Part shown: in pieces, positions 1 through 9,502 of the stretch | How the letters are laid out: each line of letters starts with the position of its first letter | Position numbering within the stretch: position 1 is the stretch's first letter | DNA from: Bdellovibrio sp. | GTDB taxonomy: Bacteria > Bdellovibrionota > Bdellovibrionia > Bdellovibrionales > Bdellovibrionaceae | Length of the DNA: 64,000 bases | Assembly: GCA_043747435.1 (NCBI GenBank) | Contig: JAYTPD010000021.1 | Span: forward strand, 75,643-139,642 | Reading direction: 5' to 3' | The notes under the pieces: generated by a model | The model's input: only the letters and a program-made list of their open reading frames with translations | Told to the model about the DNA's origin: nothing | Database searches by the model: none | Position numbers and translations under genes: made by a program

Positions 1-427
1 TCCCGTAGACGTCAGCTTTAATACGCAAATTAATATCTTTTGATATCAACTCAACTTTCGAGCGCGGATGTTGTTTTTGTAAAGCCAAAGCGGTGCTTAG
101 AATTCGATTGTCGGCTTTTGCTTGATCCAGCTCAGTACCAATTCCTGAAATTCCCATGTCTGTCGTAATGTAGACAAATGTTTCATGATTATCAATTTGT
201 ACCCCTTGAGCTAAACTTCCTTTGCCACGCAGTACATCGACAAAACGACTGAACTGACGTGCATTGCGGCCATTTTCTCCTTGGTCACGCTTAAATTTAT
301 CGACTTCCTCAATGACTGCAAAAGGAATGTGAATATCGGCATCACCGAATTTCAATAAAGCAAAAGCATCAAACAAGATGACATTGGTATCGATAACGAC
401 TTTGCGACGCTTAGTTTTTACAGTCAA
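1..427 (-). CDS. PhoH-like protein, N-terminal PIN domain part (C-terminus lies left of the window)
   Basis: Not in the ORF track because it runs off the window. Minus-strand translation from TTG at 427-425 follows a GGAGG (complement of 432-437). It reads TVKTKRRKVVIDTNVILFDAFALLKFGDADIHIPFAVIEEVDKFK, which is a PIN-type N-terminus as in PhoH2/YlaK-like proteins. Confidence 0.55.
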   Translation of the reverse strand, partial: MTVKTKRRKVVIDTNVILFDAFALLKFGDADIHIPFAVIEEVDKFKRDQGENGRNARQFSRFVDVLRGKGSLAQGVQIDNHETFVYITTDMGISGIGTELDQAKADNRILSTALALQKQHPRSKVELISKDINLRIKADVYG

Positions 428-532
428 AATAACCTCCGTATGATTTAGTTATGACTAACTAAATTCGACAATACAGAGCAGCTAATGTCACTGTTTTTTG
501 ACTTAAATTATTTTTTAATTTTTAAGAATAAC

Positions 533-1060
533 TTACGAAATTTTGGGAGCGATCAAATCGCCATCGTCTTTTCGCAAACCCGCACCGGCTGTTTCGATAA
601 AACGAACGAAATACTGTAGCGCAGCATCTGTGACAGAGTCTGTGGCTGCAGTTCGTAGAAAATTTGTGCCGTGACGTACAACGCCTTCAGTTGGTTCATG
701 TGTGATGTGCTTCACTTGAATCGTCATCGGGAAATAAGTTTTGTGATTAAGATAAACACGAATGGAAACGACTTCGTCAATTTTGAACTGACCTTGACCA
801 GCTTCTAAATCAAACGAAATACCCTCTTCCGAAATATCGTACAAGTCGACTTTTAAAAGACCCTTTTCAGGCAGAACAATCATCGCACTGACGAATTCTG
901 CTAAGACAGTTCGCTTTACTTGGCGTCTGTCATGAAATAAAATTTTCTGTTTTTGTTCAGCGTAATTTAGAACTTCACTTTCAACTGGAATTTGAAACAT
1001 CTTTTCAGAAACCGGCACGCCAGATCTTAACCGAGACGTTAAATCAATAAGTTTACCCAT
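533..1060 (-). CDS. PilZ domain protein (c-di-GMP receptor family)
   Basis: Carries RRQVKR followed by DISEEGISF, matching the RxxxR ... D/NxSxxG PilZ signature. Confidence 0.7.
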   Translation of the reverse strand: MGKLIDLTSRLRSGVPVSEKMFQIPVESEVLNYAEQKQKILFHDRRQVKRTVLAEFVSAMIVLPEKGLLKVDLYDISEEGISFDLEAGQGQFKIDEVVSIRVYLNHKTYFPMTIQVKHITHEPTEGVVRHGTNFLRTAATDSVTDAALQYFVRFIETAGAGLRKDDGDLIAPKIS

Positions 1061-2018
1061 GAGACCCCCATTAGCTACCTACTTATCGGACCAAAAGAGA
1101 ACAAACTTAAGATTAAAATCTAAGCGCTGTCTCATCTTGAGAATTGCCTTGAGAGGCACCGAACTTAAGACTAAATTAAAGGCCGTGAAAAGATTGATTA
1201 TTTTTATTGCACTCAGCTTAGCCTTTCATCTGATTCTTCAGTCGGGTCTTTTTGAATTGGCTGATTACTTTAAAAGTTCGGAGTTTTTGCCGCGACCTAC
1301 ACAGATTGAATTGGTTGAAAACGATTTAAAGACTGAATTAAAAATCAAACCCCTAATTAAACAATTAAATCCTCATTCGGTAAGCCCACCCCCAGATCAA
1401 AGTTTAGCGCGATTTGATTCTGAACAAACACAGCGCGTTCACCAAGAAACTCAGGCTCGAAATACTGGACTCACTCGAAATTCAAATCAAAAAAAATATT
1501 TTAAAAATCAAAAAAATCAGACCTCAGAAAATTTATCACAGTCATCTGACCTACCTGAGTTCACCAAAATGAATTACTCAAAAGCTCAAACAGAGTCGAT
1601 TCAAGAATCTGCGATCAGCCAAATTTTACCGAAAGATATTCAATTTTCGGATGCAACAAACCTAAATACTGACTCAAATACTTACTATTCGTTTTACAAT
1701 CGCGTAGAAGAGCTTTTTTATGTGCGCTGGAGTGAAAGACTTCAATCCTATTGGGATCGTTTATCTTACGATTTTAAAAAAAATCATCTTGGCGGAAAAG
1801 TTTGGTCAACAGTTATCGAAGTTTGGCTTCTACCTTCAGGAGAATTTCACTCGGCCTACATTCATCAATCAAGCGGCTACCCGCCTTTTGACGAAGCGAC
1901 TGTTTTTGCATTTAAAGATGCCAGATTCTTCCCGAACCCTCCAAAGGCCAAGGTCGAGCCCGATGGCTATGTCCGTCTTAAGTACAGATTTAATGTCCAT
2001 GTAGGTTCATTGCCTTAA
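1059..2018 (+). CDS. TonB C-terminal-domain family membrane protein
   Basis: Has one hydrophobic anchor (LIIFIALSLAFHLIL), a short Pro-rich segment and a TonB_C-like C-terminus (SSGYPPFDEATVFAFKDARFFPNPP ... VRLKYRFNV). The start is uncertain; an in-frame GTG at 1185 is possible. Confidence 0.5.
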   Translation: MRPPLATYLSDQKRTNLRLKSKRCLILRIALRGTELKTKLKAVKRLIIFIALSLAFHLILQSGLFELADYFKSSEFLPRPTQIELVENDLKTELKIKPLIKQLNPHSVSPPPDQSLARFDSEQTQRVHQETQARNTGLTRNSNQKKYFKNQKNQTSENLSQSSDLPEFTKMNYSKAQTESIQESAISQILPKDIQFSDATNLNTDSNTYYSFYNRVEELFYVRWSERLQSYWDRLSYDFKKNHLGGKVWSTVIEVWLLPSGEFHSAYIHQSSGYPPFDEATVFAFKDARFFPNPPKAKVEPDGYVRLKYRFNVHVGSLP

Positions 2019-2039
2019 ATCAAGAGGTAAACTAATGAT

Positions 2040-2600
2040 GTGAACAAATTCATTTTATTTTTTTTATCTTGTCTGTTTTTAGGTTTTAAATCCTCGGCCT
2101 TGGTGACTGAAGTCGGCTTATCTTACGGCTATCAAAAAAAAACTTTTAATGCCTCAAACTATTATCAAACAGAATCAAAAGCAGCCGAGCTGTCTTTTTA
2201 TTTTTTTGAAAAATTAGCACTTGAATCAAGTTACACCGATTCATTTTACGAAAGCCAAGAATCCGATAGCAATTCCACACGCACCGTTCAACAGGGTACA
2301 CAAATACTTGATACGTCGATTATCTTTGTTTTGCTTGACCGTAAAAGTGTTGTTCAACCCTATGTTAAAGTAGGTGCCGCCTACATAAAAAAAAATCAGC
2401 GCGTACGTTATTTAAATTCATCAACGATTGAAATACCCGAATCGATTGGCTGGGCACCCAGCTATGGGGCCGGTTTAAAATTTATGTTAAACGAAAAATT
2501 TTCGATCAAGCTCGGCTACGATGTGTGGCAAACGCCGTTAAGTGACGGCACAAAATCAGATGATACAGCACTGAAAGCTGGCCTAACGTGGTTTCTTTAA
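2040..2600 (+). CDS. Small outer-membrane beta-barrel protein
   Basis: GTG start, signal peptide (FILFFLSCLFLGFKSSA), alternating beta-strand pattern and a C-terminal LTWFL aromatic end. Confidence 0.55.
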   Translation: MNKFILFFLSCLFLGFKSSALVTEVGLSYGYQKKTFNASNYYQTESKAAELSFYFFEKLALESSYTDSFYESQESDSNSTRTVQQGTQILDTSIIFVLLDRKSVVQPYVKVGAAYIKKNQRVRYLNSSTIEIPESIGWAPSYGAGLKFMLNEKFSIKLGYDVWQTPLSDGTKSDDTALKAGLTWFL

Positions 2601-3662
2601 ATGCGCAGGCGCACCAAATATTTTATTTTTTCTATTTTAATTTTATTTCTTTCAAGTTGCCAAATTGGCTATTTGTTTCACGTGAGTTACAATCATTTAG
2701 CTTTACTGAATAGTAAGATTCCAATCAACAAAGCACTGCAGCTAGATTCTTTAACAGCTGAGCAAAAAAGAAAGATTTTACTGACTCAAGAAGTACGTAC
2801 TTTTGCATTTAATAAACTAGGGCTTCATCCATCAAAAAATTACACTGACTTCGTTGATTTAAAAAGACCCTCAGTCACTTATGCAGTTATGGCATCTTAC
2901 AAGTGGAAACTTGAATCCTATTTGTGGGACTTTCCGTTTATTGGCAAAGCTCCTTACAAGGGTTACTACAAAGAGGAACTGGCGATCGAAGAAGCGAATA
3001 AGATGAAAAAAAAAGATTTTGACGTCTATGTTCGTGGCGTCTCTGCATTTTCAACTTTGGGACGTTTGAATGATCCGCTGTTATCATCGATGCTTAGTTA
3101 TTCTGATCAAGACCTTGTCAATACGATCATTCACGAGCTGACTCACACGACTTTATTTATCAAAGACAATATTGACTTCAATGAACGATTGGCCGTATTT
3201 GTTGCCAATAAAGGCACCGAGATCTTTTACTTAGAAAAAGAAGGCGCTAATTCTAAAACTTTACAGCAAATTAAAAATGAAAACGAAGATGACGCTTTAT
3301 TTTCTAAATTTATTACTGAAGAGCTTGATCTACTTAAAAAATGGTACATCGAATTTGAAAATGATCAAAAAATTTCCACAGAACAAAAAGAAAGTCTCAG
3401 ACAAAAAAGATTTGACCTGATCAAATTAAATTTTACCCAAAATCTGGCACAGAAATTAAAAACAAAATCCTACAATAATTTCACAACTAAAATGATGAAT
3501 AACGCAACCCTTGGAAACTATCAGACCTACATGAAAGATCTCAGTGTATTCGAAAAAATTTATATAAAAAATGGTTCAAATATATCGGCTTTTTTGCAAA
3601 AATGTAAAGAACTTGAAAATGTCGATGACCCCGAAAAAGAAATTAAAAAGTGGTCTGAATAG
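2601..3662 (+). CDS. Putative zinc aminopeptidase lipoprotein (predicted-aminopeptidase family)
   Basis: Has a lipobox-like LSSC and an HExxH motif (IIHELTHTT). Overall it resembles the bacterial predicted aminopeptidase family. Confidence 0.6.
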   Translation: MRRRTKYFIFSILILFLSSCQIGYLFHVSYNHLALLNSKIPINKALQLDSLTAEQKRKILLTQEVRTFAFNKLGLHPSKNYTDFVDLKRPSVTYAVMASYKWKLESYLWDFPFIGKAPYKGYYKEELAIEEANKMKKKDFDVYVRGVSAFSTLGRLNDPLLSSMLSYSDQDLVNTIIHELTHTTLFIKDNIDFNERLAVFVANKGTEIFYLEKEGANSKTLQQIKNENEDDALFSKFITEELDLLKKWYIEFENDQKISTEQKESLRQKRFDLIKLNFTQNLAQKLKTKSYNNFTTKMMNNATLGNYQTYMKDLSVFEKIYIKNGSNISAFLQKCKELENVDDPEKEIKKWSE

Positions 3663-3672
3663 TTACAGTCGT

Positions 3673-4707
3673 CTAACTTTGAATAAAGTGAATCAGCTTA
3701 TCAGTTTGAATCTTCAACTGAAATTTTTCTAGTTTTTCTATTCTTTTAAAATTTTGAATTTCGATAAGGGCTTTATTAAATGTTTCTGTCGAGTAAAAAA
3801 CAGCATGTTGCTTAAATTCGTCTTTGCCTTCAAATATTTCGTGCATCAGAAGAATTTTATCAAAGGCGTAAGCTAAATTGTAGGCCCCGGAAATTTTAGT
3901 TTCAAAATATTTTTCAAACCATCGAGTTCCGGGATGCAGCAGTGGCATGACCGCTACAGACTTTTGAATAAAGTCGACCATGACATTGTCTAGCACATAA
4001 TCTGAAAACAAAATAAATCGATTCTGCAAATCGTATTTGTTAATCAAATCAACAATATGTGGACCATCATGATTTTTTGAATTACCTAGCAAAACAAATT
4101 TCAACTTTGGATCAAAGCTTTGATCATGCTTTCGAACCATTTCAACCAAACCAAAATAATCGCGACGATCTTGTTCAAGAACACCCGGGACGGCGATATA
4201 AATTGGGCCGTCAGCACCATGATGAGCTTTAGTTTGGGGATAAATCAGTGGATAAAAAGATTCGATTTGAATCGAAGTTGATTTTATCCTTTCCAAGACA
4301 TGATCTTTAATAAAATCAGCCAAAACAATATATTTTTTAATTTTAAAATGGATTATTTTTTGAGTAAAACTTTTGTAAATATTTTCGGCATTGTGATGAA
4401 TCCCGATCACCGGCGTTGGGTCAAACAAAAGCCGCAGACAAAGGTCACGAATTTTACGACCTTGAGACGAGTTCAATAAAATAAAATCCGGACTGAATTC
4501 TTTTTTTATTTTTAAAATATCTTTTAAGTAGGAGTCTTCATTTATTTTTATTAAACGAACTCGATCACCCAAAAAAGCTAAACGTTCATAAGATTTCTGA
4601 TTGATTGCGATTGCTAAATCAAATTTTGTACGCAAACTTTCTACAAATGAAGCCATGATTTCTGTATGAGCACTGCTGATTTCAACATAAAGAATTCTTT
4701 TATTCAT
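3673..4707 (-). CDS. Hypothetical protein, possibly glycosyltransferase-like
   Basis: Long ORF with Rossmann-like alternation. I recognised no diagnostic motif. Confidence 0.35.
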   Translation of the reverse strand: MNKRILYVEISSAHTEIMASFVESLRTKFDLAIAINQKSYERLAFLGDRVRLIKINEDSYLKDILKIKKEFSPDFILLNSSQGRKIRDLCLRLLFDPTPVIGIHHNAENIYKSFTQKIIHFKIKKYIVLADFIKDHVLERIKSTSIQIESFYPLIYPQTKAHHGADGPIYIAVPGVLEQDRRDYFGLVEMVRKHDQSFDPKLKFVLLGNSKNHDGPHIVDLINKYDLQNRFILFSDYVLDNVMVDFIQKSVAVMPLLHPGTRWFEKYFETKISGAYNLAYAFDKILLMHEIFEGKDEFKQHAVFYSTETFNKALIEIQNFKRIEKLEKFQLKIQTDKLIHFIQS

Positions 4708-5266
4708 TTTTTTCGATGATCACTTGAGGCGGAGGCAAAGGAGTATTTGTTACTTCTTTTAAGTCCGTATTTTCTTTTTCGCTGGCTTTATCACTCGTTT
4801 TGTCGCCAGCAATTAATGATTTAACTTTATTCGTCAGTTCTGATTTAATTTGAAGATATTTTACAAATTTTTTCGACCCAAGAAGTTTTTTTACTTGATC
4901 AAATTCACGAACTGAAAGCTGGCCGTACTCCAAAACAAGCTTTCGTAGTTCGCCAAGCTTCAGCTGTGCTGATGACTTTGTCGGATCGACGACTTGATAG
5001 AGCTCTTGCGAAAGATCTTGGATTTTTTTATTCAGTTCGGCTTTTTTTTTATTCAGGTTTTTGTTGATTTCAGTAAAGTTTTTCTCTTCTTTAGCAGAAA
5101 GTTTTAATTCATCACTTATTTTCCAAATAAAAATATCTTCTAGATAGGTTTTTTTCGTTTCTGTTTCAGAAACTGAAAATGCATTGATCGAGACAAGACA
5201 AATTAATAAAGTAATTAAAAGACTGTTCACATTTAGATTATGCATGACATGAACTCGGACGTCCAT
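4700..5266 (-). CDS. Secreted coiled-coil protein, last gene of the ECF sigma operon
   Basis: Signal-like N-terminus (LLITLLICLVSINAFS) and a K/E-rich helical body. It sits directly downstream of the sigma and anti-sigma genes on the same strand. Confidence 0.45.
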   Translation of the reverse strand: MDVRVHVMHNLNVNSLLITLLICLVSINAFSVSETETKKTYLEDIFIWKISDELKLSAKEEKNFTEINKNLNKKKAELNKKIQDLSQELYQVVDPTKSSAQLKLGELRKLVLEYGQLSVREFDQVKKLLGSKKFVKYLQIKSELTNKVKSLIAGDKTSDKASEKENTDLKEVTNTPLPPPQVIIEKNE

Positions 5267-5284
5267 TTCCGAGTTTGATTCGAC

Positions 5285-5794
5285 TTAAAGCGATTCTATT
5301 AAAACGCGATCAATCTGGACTAGAGTCCCCAAATCTTCGCGCCGGCTTAAGACATCAGCATAAAAATCATTTTCATTCTGATAGTTAGCCACCAATTCAG
5401 TCCATTGTGTTGGGTCTTGCTTCGCTTCTTGAATAATGCTTTGACGACTGGCTGTTAATTTTGATTGATTCAAATCATTTACAAACTTCAAGCTAAAATG
5501 GGCTAAGCCTAAGGCTACAATAAAAGCGAATCCAACAAAACTTGTTTTGATTACTTTTTTTGCCAATGTCCTATAGGGCTTAGCCTTAGCTTCTAGAAAC
5601 ACCCAAGTTTTCGACCAACGATTTAAAGGCTTCACTTCTGTTTGCTCGACAGCCGACATAATTCGGCTGTGCATAAGATCAAAAAATTTTTCATCCATCG
5701 GAAGTTCAATTGAATCTTCTTTTTTTAGTTTAAGCACAAGCAAAGCCGTTGTTTGGTCAGCTATCCTGTTCTTTTTTTCAAGATTTTTCTTCAT
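5285..5794 (-). CDS. Putative anti-sigma factor (single-pass membrane protein)
   Basis: Abuts the ECF sigma gene with no gap (5794/5795) and has one TM helix (FVGFAFIVALGLAHF). The call rests on position only. Confidence 0.45.
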   Translation of the reverse strand: MKKNLEKKNRIADQTTALLVLKLKKEDSIELPMDEKFFDLMHSRIMSAVEQTEVKPLNRWSKTWVFLEAKAKPYRTLAKKVIKTSFVGFAFIVALGLAHFSLKFVNDLNQSKLTASRQSIIQEAKQDPTQWTELVANYQNENDFYADVLSRREDLGTLVQIDRVLIESL

Positions 5795-6460
5795 TTATTC
5801 AGCCTCCACAAAATTTGAATTCAATTCCATAAAAAATCCACCAACATCCTCAGTCCATTTTCTGAGTTCAGATTGGTGCTCGAACGCTTCTTTTAATTTA
5901 AGCAGTGCGTGACGGTAATTTGCTTTCGCCGTATCATAAGGGCAATCCATCACTTCTGCGATTTCAGCAAAGCTCATGTCTTCATACACTCGAAGCATTA
6001 ATGAAGTTTTTTGTTTAAACGGCAATTGGTCGACTTGCTCTTGGATAATTTCACTGACCGCTGAATGAACCATTTTTTTTTCAGCTGTTGCTGCCACACT
6101 CAAGTGAACATCGTCAATGTTTGTGAAATCATAACGATTTTCTCGCAGTTTATTGCGTGCTGTATTGACAGCAATTTGAAAAAGCCAACTTTTAAAACTG
6201 GATCGCCCTTCAAACATATGAAGTTTTTCAAAAGCTTTGATGAAAGCTTCTTGCACCACATCTTGTGATAAATCTAAGTCTTTCATAAACCTCATACTCA
6301 ACCGAAGTAGTCCTCTTTGATGTCGTTTCACGAGCTCTGAGAAAGAAGCGCGCTTCCCTGAGCGAACCTCTTCAATCAATTCTTGATCGCTTTTTTCAAT
6401 CACTTTCTGATTTATCAGATCTGATTTCAGATCCTGATTGTTTTCTCTTTTCATAGACAC
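5795..6460 (-). CDS. ECF-type RNA polymerase sigma factor (sigma-70 family, group 4)
   Basis: Region 2 is DVVQEAFIKAFEKLHMFEGRSSFKSWLFQIAVNTARNKLR. Region 4 HTH is MSFAEIAEVMDCPYDTAKANYRHALLKLK. Confidence 0.85.
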   Translation of the reverse strand: MSMKRENNQDLKSDLINQKVIEKSDQELIEEVRSGKRASFSELVKRHQRGLLRLSMRFMKDLDLSQDVVQEAFIKAFEKLHMFEGRSSFKSWLFQIAVNTARNKLRENRYDFTNIDDVHLSVAATAEKKMVHSAVSEIIQEQVDQLPFKQKTSLMLRVYEDMSFAEIAEVMDCPYDTAKANYRHALLKLKEAFEHQSELRKWTEDVGGFFMELNSNFVEAE

Positions 6461-6700
6461 GCCCCTGTCCCATTTCGGTTAAAGCATTTTTATTTTTGTA
6501 AACTCTGTCAGGCTAATTTTACTTTTTTCAAGACTTGTTGTCTGGGCCTCCATCCAGTTGCAATTCGTCTCTTGCTATAAGTAATAGCAATACTGAAGCC
6601 ATTTTAAAGGGGCCAAAAATACACTAAGTAATTGAATTTACTTACTATTTTATTATTTTACTAATTTCTAAGATAAGAAAAACTTATGGGCAAAACTGAT

Positions 6701-7384
6701 TCAAAGGTCAGTGGATCGATGAGCATAAAAGTAGCTCATGTCATCGCAAATACTTAAAACTTTTAATTTATTTAGATCACTGATTTCAGTGAATTCAATT
6801 CCTAACGTAGGCCCGCCCGTTTTATTTTTTTTAAGATGGCGTACAAATCCAAAAACCGAGACTTGGGCTCGCTTATGAATTTTAAATTGAATTTTTATTT
6901 TTTGATTTACTTCATAACGAGGTAACTCAGGATTTAAAGTGATTTTCATTCCCGATCCAGACAGTTCATTAATACGCGCTAAAGCTTTAAAATTTTTTTG
7001 GGAAGAAGTGTAAACCATTGCAAATTGCAACCAATTTATCGGAACTCGGAAACGTGGCTCTTTTCGGCGAACCAATTCGTAAATAGACGTCATTCTATTA
7101 ATGATTAAAGTTTTTGAATCAGGAATGCTATCAATTTTAAAAAAGAAAAGACGACCCGCTAATTCAGCTTTAAAAGTTAAAGTTATCGCGTCGTCAAAAT
7201 CTTTACCTTTGTAAAGAATCGTATAAGTGTTTTTTTTTGAGGTTGTCAAAAGCTTAACTAGATGAATGGTATCAGATCCATAAATCTTCATTTGAATATT
7301 TAATTTTTCAAAAACAACTGAATCGATTATTTTTGAAGCTTGATCCGTATTTATTTTAACTAAATAATCTAGTACAACACTCAT
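6701..7384 (-). CDS. PilZ domain protein
   Basis: Carries RRKEPRFRV followed by NELSGSGMKI (RxxxR / DxSxxG). Its start overlaps the stop of the upstream GGDEF gene by 4 nt. Confidence 0.65.
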   Translation of the reverse strand: MSVVLDYLVKINTDQASKIIDSVVFEKLNIQMKIYGSDTIHLVKLLTTSKKNTYTILYKGKDFDDAITLTFKAELAGRLFFFKIDSIPDSKTLIINRMTSIYELVRRKEPRFRVPINWLQFAMVYTSSQKNFKALARINELSGSGMKITLNPELPRYEVNQKIKIQFKIHKRAQVSVFGFVRHLKKNKTGGPTLGIEFTEISDLNKLKVLSICDDMSYFYAHRSTDL

Positions 7385-8292
7385 GGCGCAACAGACACTC
7401 GATTTCGGCCTGTTTGCTTACTGACATAAAGAGCTTTATCCGCGCGGTTATAAAGATTATCCCAGCTGTCATTTTCTTTTTTTTCAGCTACACCAATTGA
7501 GATCGTCACCTTAATCCGTTGCTCTTGAAAAACAAAGGGATGCATTTCTATTGTTTGACGAATTCTTTCAGCCACATCATGAGCTGTTTTGATGGGTGTG
7601 GCTTGCAAAATTAAAACGAATTCTTCACCACCATAACGAGAAAAATAATCATTTGAACGGACAAGTTTACTTTGAATTAACAAACCCATTTCTTTTAATA
7701 CATAGTCTCCGCCAGGGTGCCCGTAAGTATCATTAATTTTTTTAAAATGGTCGATATCGAAAGTAATCACAGACATGGGCTCGGTCAGAACTTCGGCACG
7801 CTTAATGGTTTCGGGACCTTTTTCTAACAAGGCACCTTTACTAAAGGCGCCCGTTAAAGCGTCTTTTTGAGCTTTCTCGAAGACCTGTTGATTTGAAATG
7901 GCTTCAAGACTGCCTTTTTCTAAAAACTTAAAAATAATATTTCCAGCTTTAATTTGATCGTTATTCGCAAGCTTCTTTGAAATCATCGCTGGCAAAGAAA
8001 CTCCATTAACCTGCGTTTTATTTGTTGATCCTAAATCAAGGATAGAAACATCGTTTGCAACGACAATAAATTTTGCGTGGGCACGACTTAATGAGTTGTC
8101 TGAAATATAAATATCACTTTCAACAGATCGGCCTATTGTGATATCCGTTTTTGTCAGTAACCACTGTTTACCAATATAGCCCGCGGGTCCAACAAGAACA
8201 ATAATCGCCGGAGGAGCTTCATCAGCCGCACGTAACCGTCCCTTAAATGTTTCGCTTGAAACGATACTGGTTTTCTCTGCGGATTCAGCCAT
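7381..8292 (-). CDS. FHA domain - GGDEF diguanylate cyclase
   Basis: FHA-like TIGRSVESDIYISDNSLSRAHAKF ... STNKTQVNG, with a GGDEF active site RYGGEEFVLIL and DHFKKINDTYGHPGGD. I prefer the ATG at 8292 (AAGGA upstream) to the TTG at 8364 used in the track. Confidence 0.85.
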   Translation of the reverse strand: MAESAEKTSIVSSETFKGRLRAADEAPPAIIVLVGPAGYIGKQWLLTKTDITIGRSVESDIYISDNSLSRAHAKFIVVANDVSILDLGSTNKTQVNGVSLPAMISKKLANNDQIKAGNIIFKFLEKGSLEAISNQQVFEKAQKDALTGAFSKGALLEKGPETIKRAEVLTEPMSVITFDIDHFKKINDTYGHPGGDYVLKEMGLLIQSKLVRSNDYFSRYGGEEFVLILQATPIKTAHDVAERIRQTIEMHPFVFQEQRIKVTISIGVAEKKENDSWDNLYNRADKALYVSKQTGRNRVSVAP

Positions 8293-8384
8293 TCCCACAT
8301 TCCTTTTAGATCTCTTTACTATGACTGAAATCACAGTCTTAGACAACACAGACTCTGGACCCAATATTAATTATGAGCTATCAA

Positions 8385-9500
8385 TTACGAAATTGCGACA
8401 TCTTCTTCAATACGATGAAATCCACGCCACTCTTTCAACCTTCCACGAGGTCGTGGCTCTTGATCGATGTATTCCAGCAGGACGTAAGTCAGTTTAGTTA
8501 TTTTTCCAAGTGAAACGATATCTAAAGAGGTTAGTTCAGTCCACGTTCCGGTGTTAAAATATTCTTTTTGTGCACCCCACTGTCGGTATTCGTACACGTG
8601 AGTGTGTCCAAATATAACTGTGTGAACTCGGTTGTCGTTTAAAATACGCTTGGCCGAGATACTTAAGTCAGGAAAGATAGCGCTTTCGAAAAAAATTTTT
8701 AAAAGTTTTTTGACAGTCCATCTGAATCGAAGTTCGGTTGTAAAAATAATTTTGTAAGCATACTTGAAAAGTTCGTAAAAAGCCTTCATCGTGAGTTGAG
8801 TTTCGTTGACTAAAGACCATCGAATCATTCGACCAAACGGACGAACTTTATCAATGTGGGGATATTTTTCTTTAATTTTAAGGACAAGCTCAACAAAAAA
8901 ATGAGATCCAAACGGCAAATTCAAAATGGGCTCTGGTAAGCCTTGTTTTAAAAAAAACTTTTTAGGGTCCATACGATTCGCCGCTTCGTGCATGTGACCA
9001 TGTTCGATGTGCACTCCATCAAAAAAATAAATAATATTTTTATACTGCAGTCGATGCCCAATCACTTGATCTAAGTAATCACGACATACTTGAAACATCA
9101 TACCTTGATCATGATTACCAACAATATAAGTGATCCGGCGATTTGCCGTCGACAAAAATTCTCCCATGGCCTTAAATACCATAGGATGACCATTGATCAC
9201 AGACTTAAGCACTTCTAACGCAATTGACTCTGTTATAACTGTTAAAAAATGACCACGGTAGTCGACTTGCAAAAAATTTAAAAAGTCTCCGTTAATAATA
9301 ACTTCGACATCGTAATCACGAAATGCCCCGGTCGAATAATACTGAAAAAATTCGACAAGTTTCTCTGAATAATAAAATTCTTCGAGCGAATTGATATGTC
9401 CATCTTCTAATTGACGACCTTTACCTAAATGGAGATCACTGATCACAAGTTTAATTTTTTTAGGAGCTTTGACTTCAATCGTAGGTTCCACGTTGGACAT
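8385..9500 (-). CDS. Calcineurin-like metallophosphoesterase
   Basis: Motifs ISDLHLG, GDFLNF, GNHD and GHTH occur in the canonical order. Confidence 0.8.
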   Translation of the reverse strand: MSNVEPTIEVKAPKKIKLVISDLHLGKGRQLEDGHINSLEEFYYSEKLVEFFQYYSTGAFRDYDVEVIINGDFLNFLQVDYRGHFLTVITESIALEVLKSVINGHPMVFKAMGEFLSTANRRITYIVGNHDQGMMFQVCRDYLDQVIGHRLQYKNIIYFFDGVHIEHGHMHEAANRMDPKKFFLKQGLPEPILNLPFGSHFFVELVLKIKEKYPHIDKVRPFGRMIRWSLVNETQLTMKAFYELFKYAYKIIFTTELRFRWTVKKLLKIFFESAIFPDLSISAKRILNDNRVHTVIFGHTHVYEYRQWGAQKEYFNTGTWTELTSLDIVSLGKITKLTYVLLEYIDQEPRPRGRLKEWRGFHRIEEDVAIS

Positions 9501-9502
9501 TT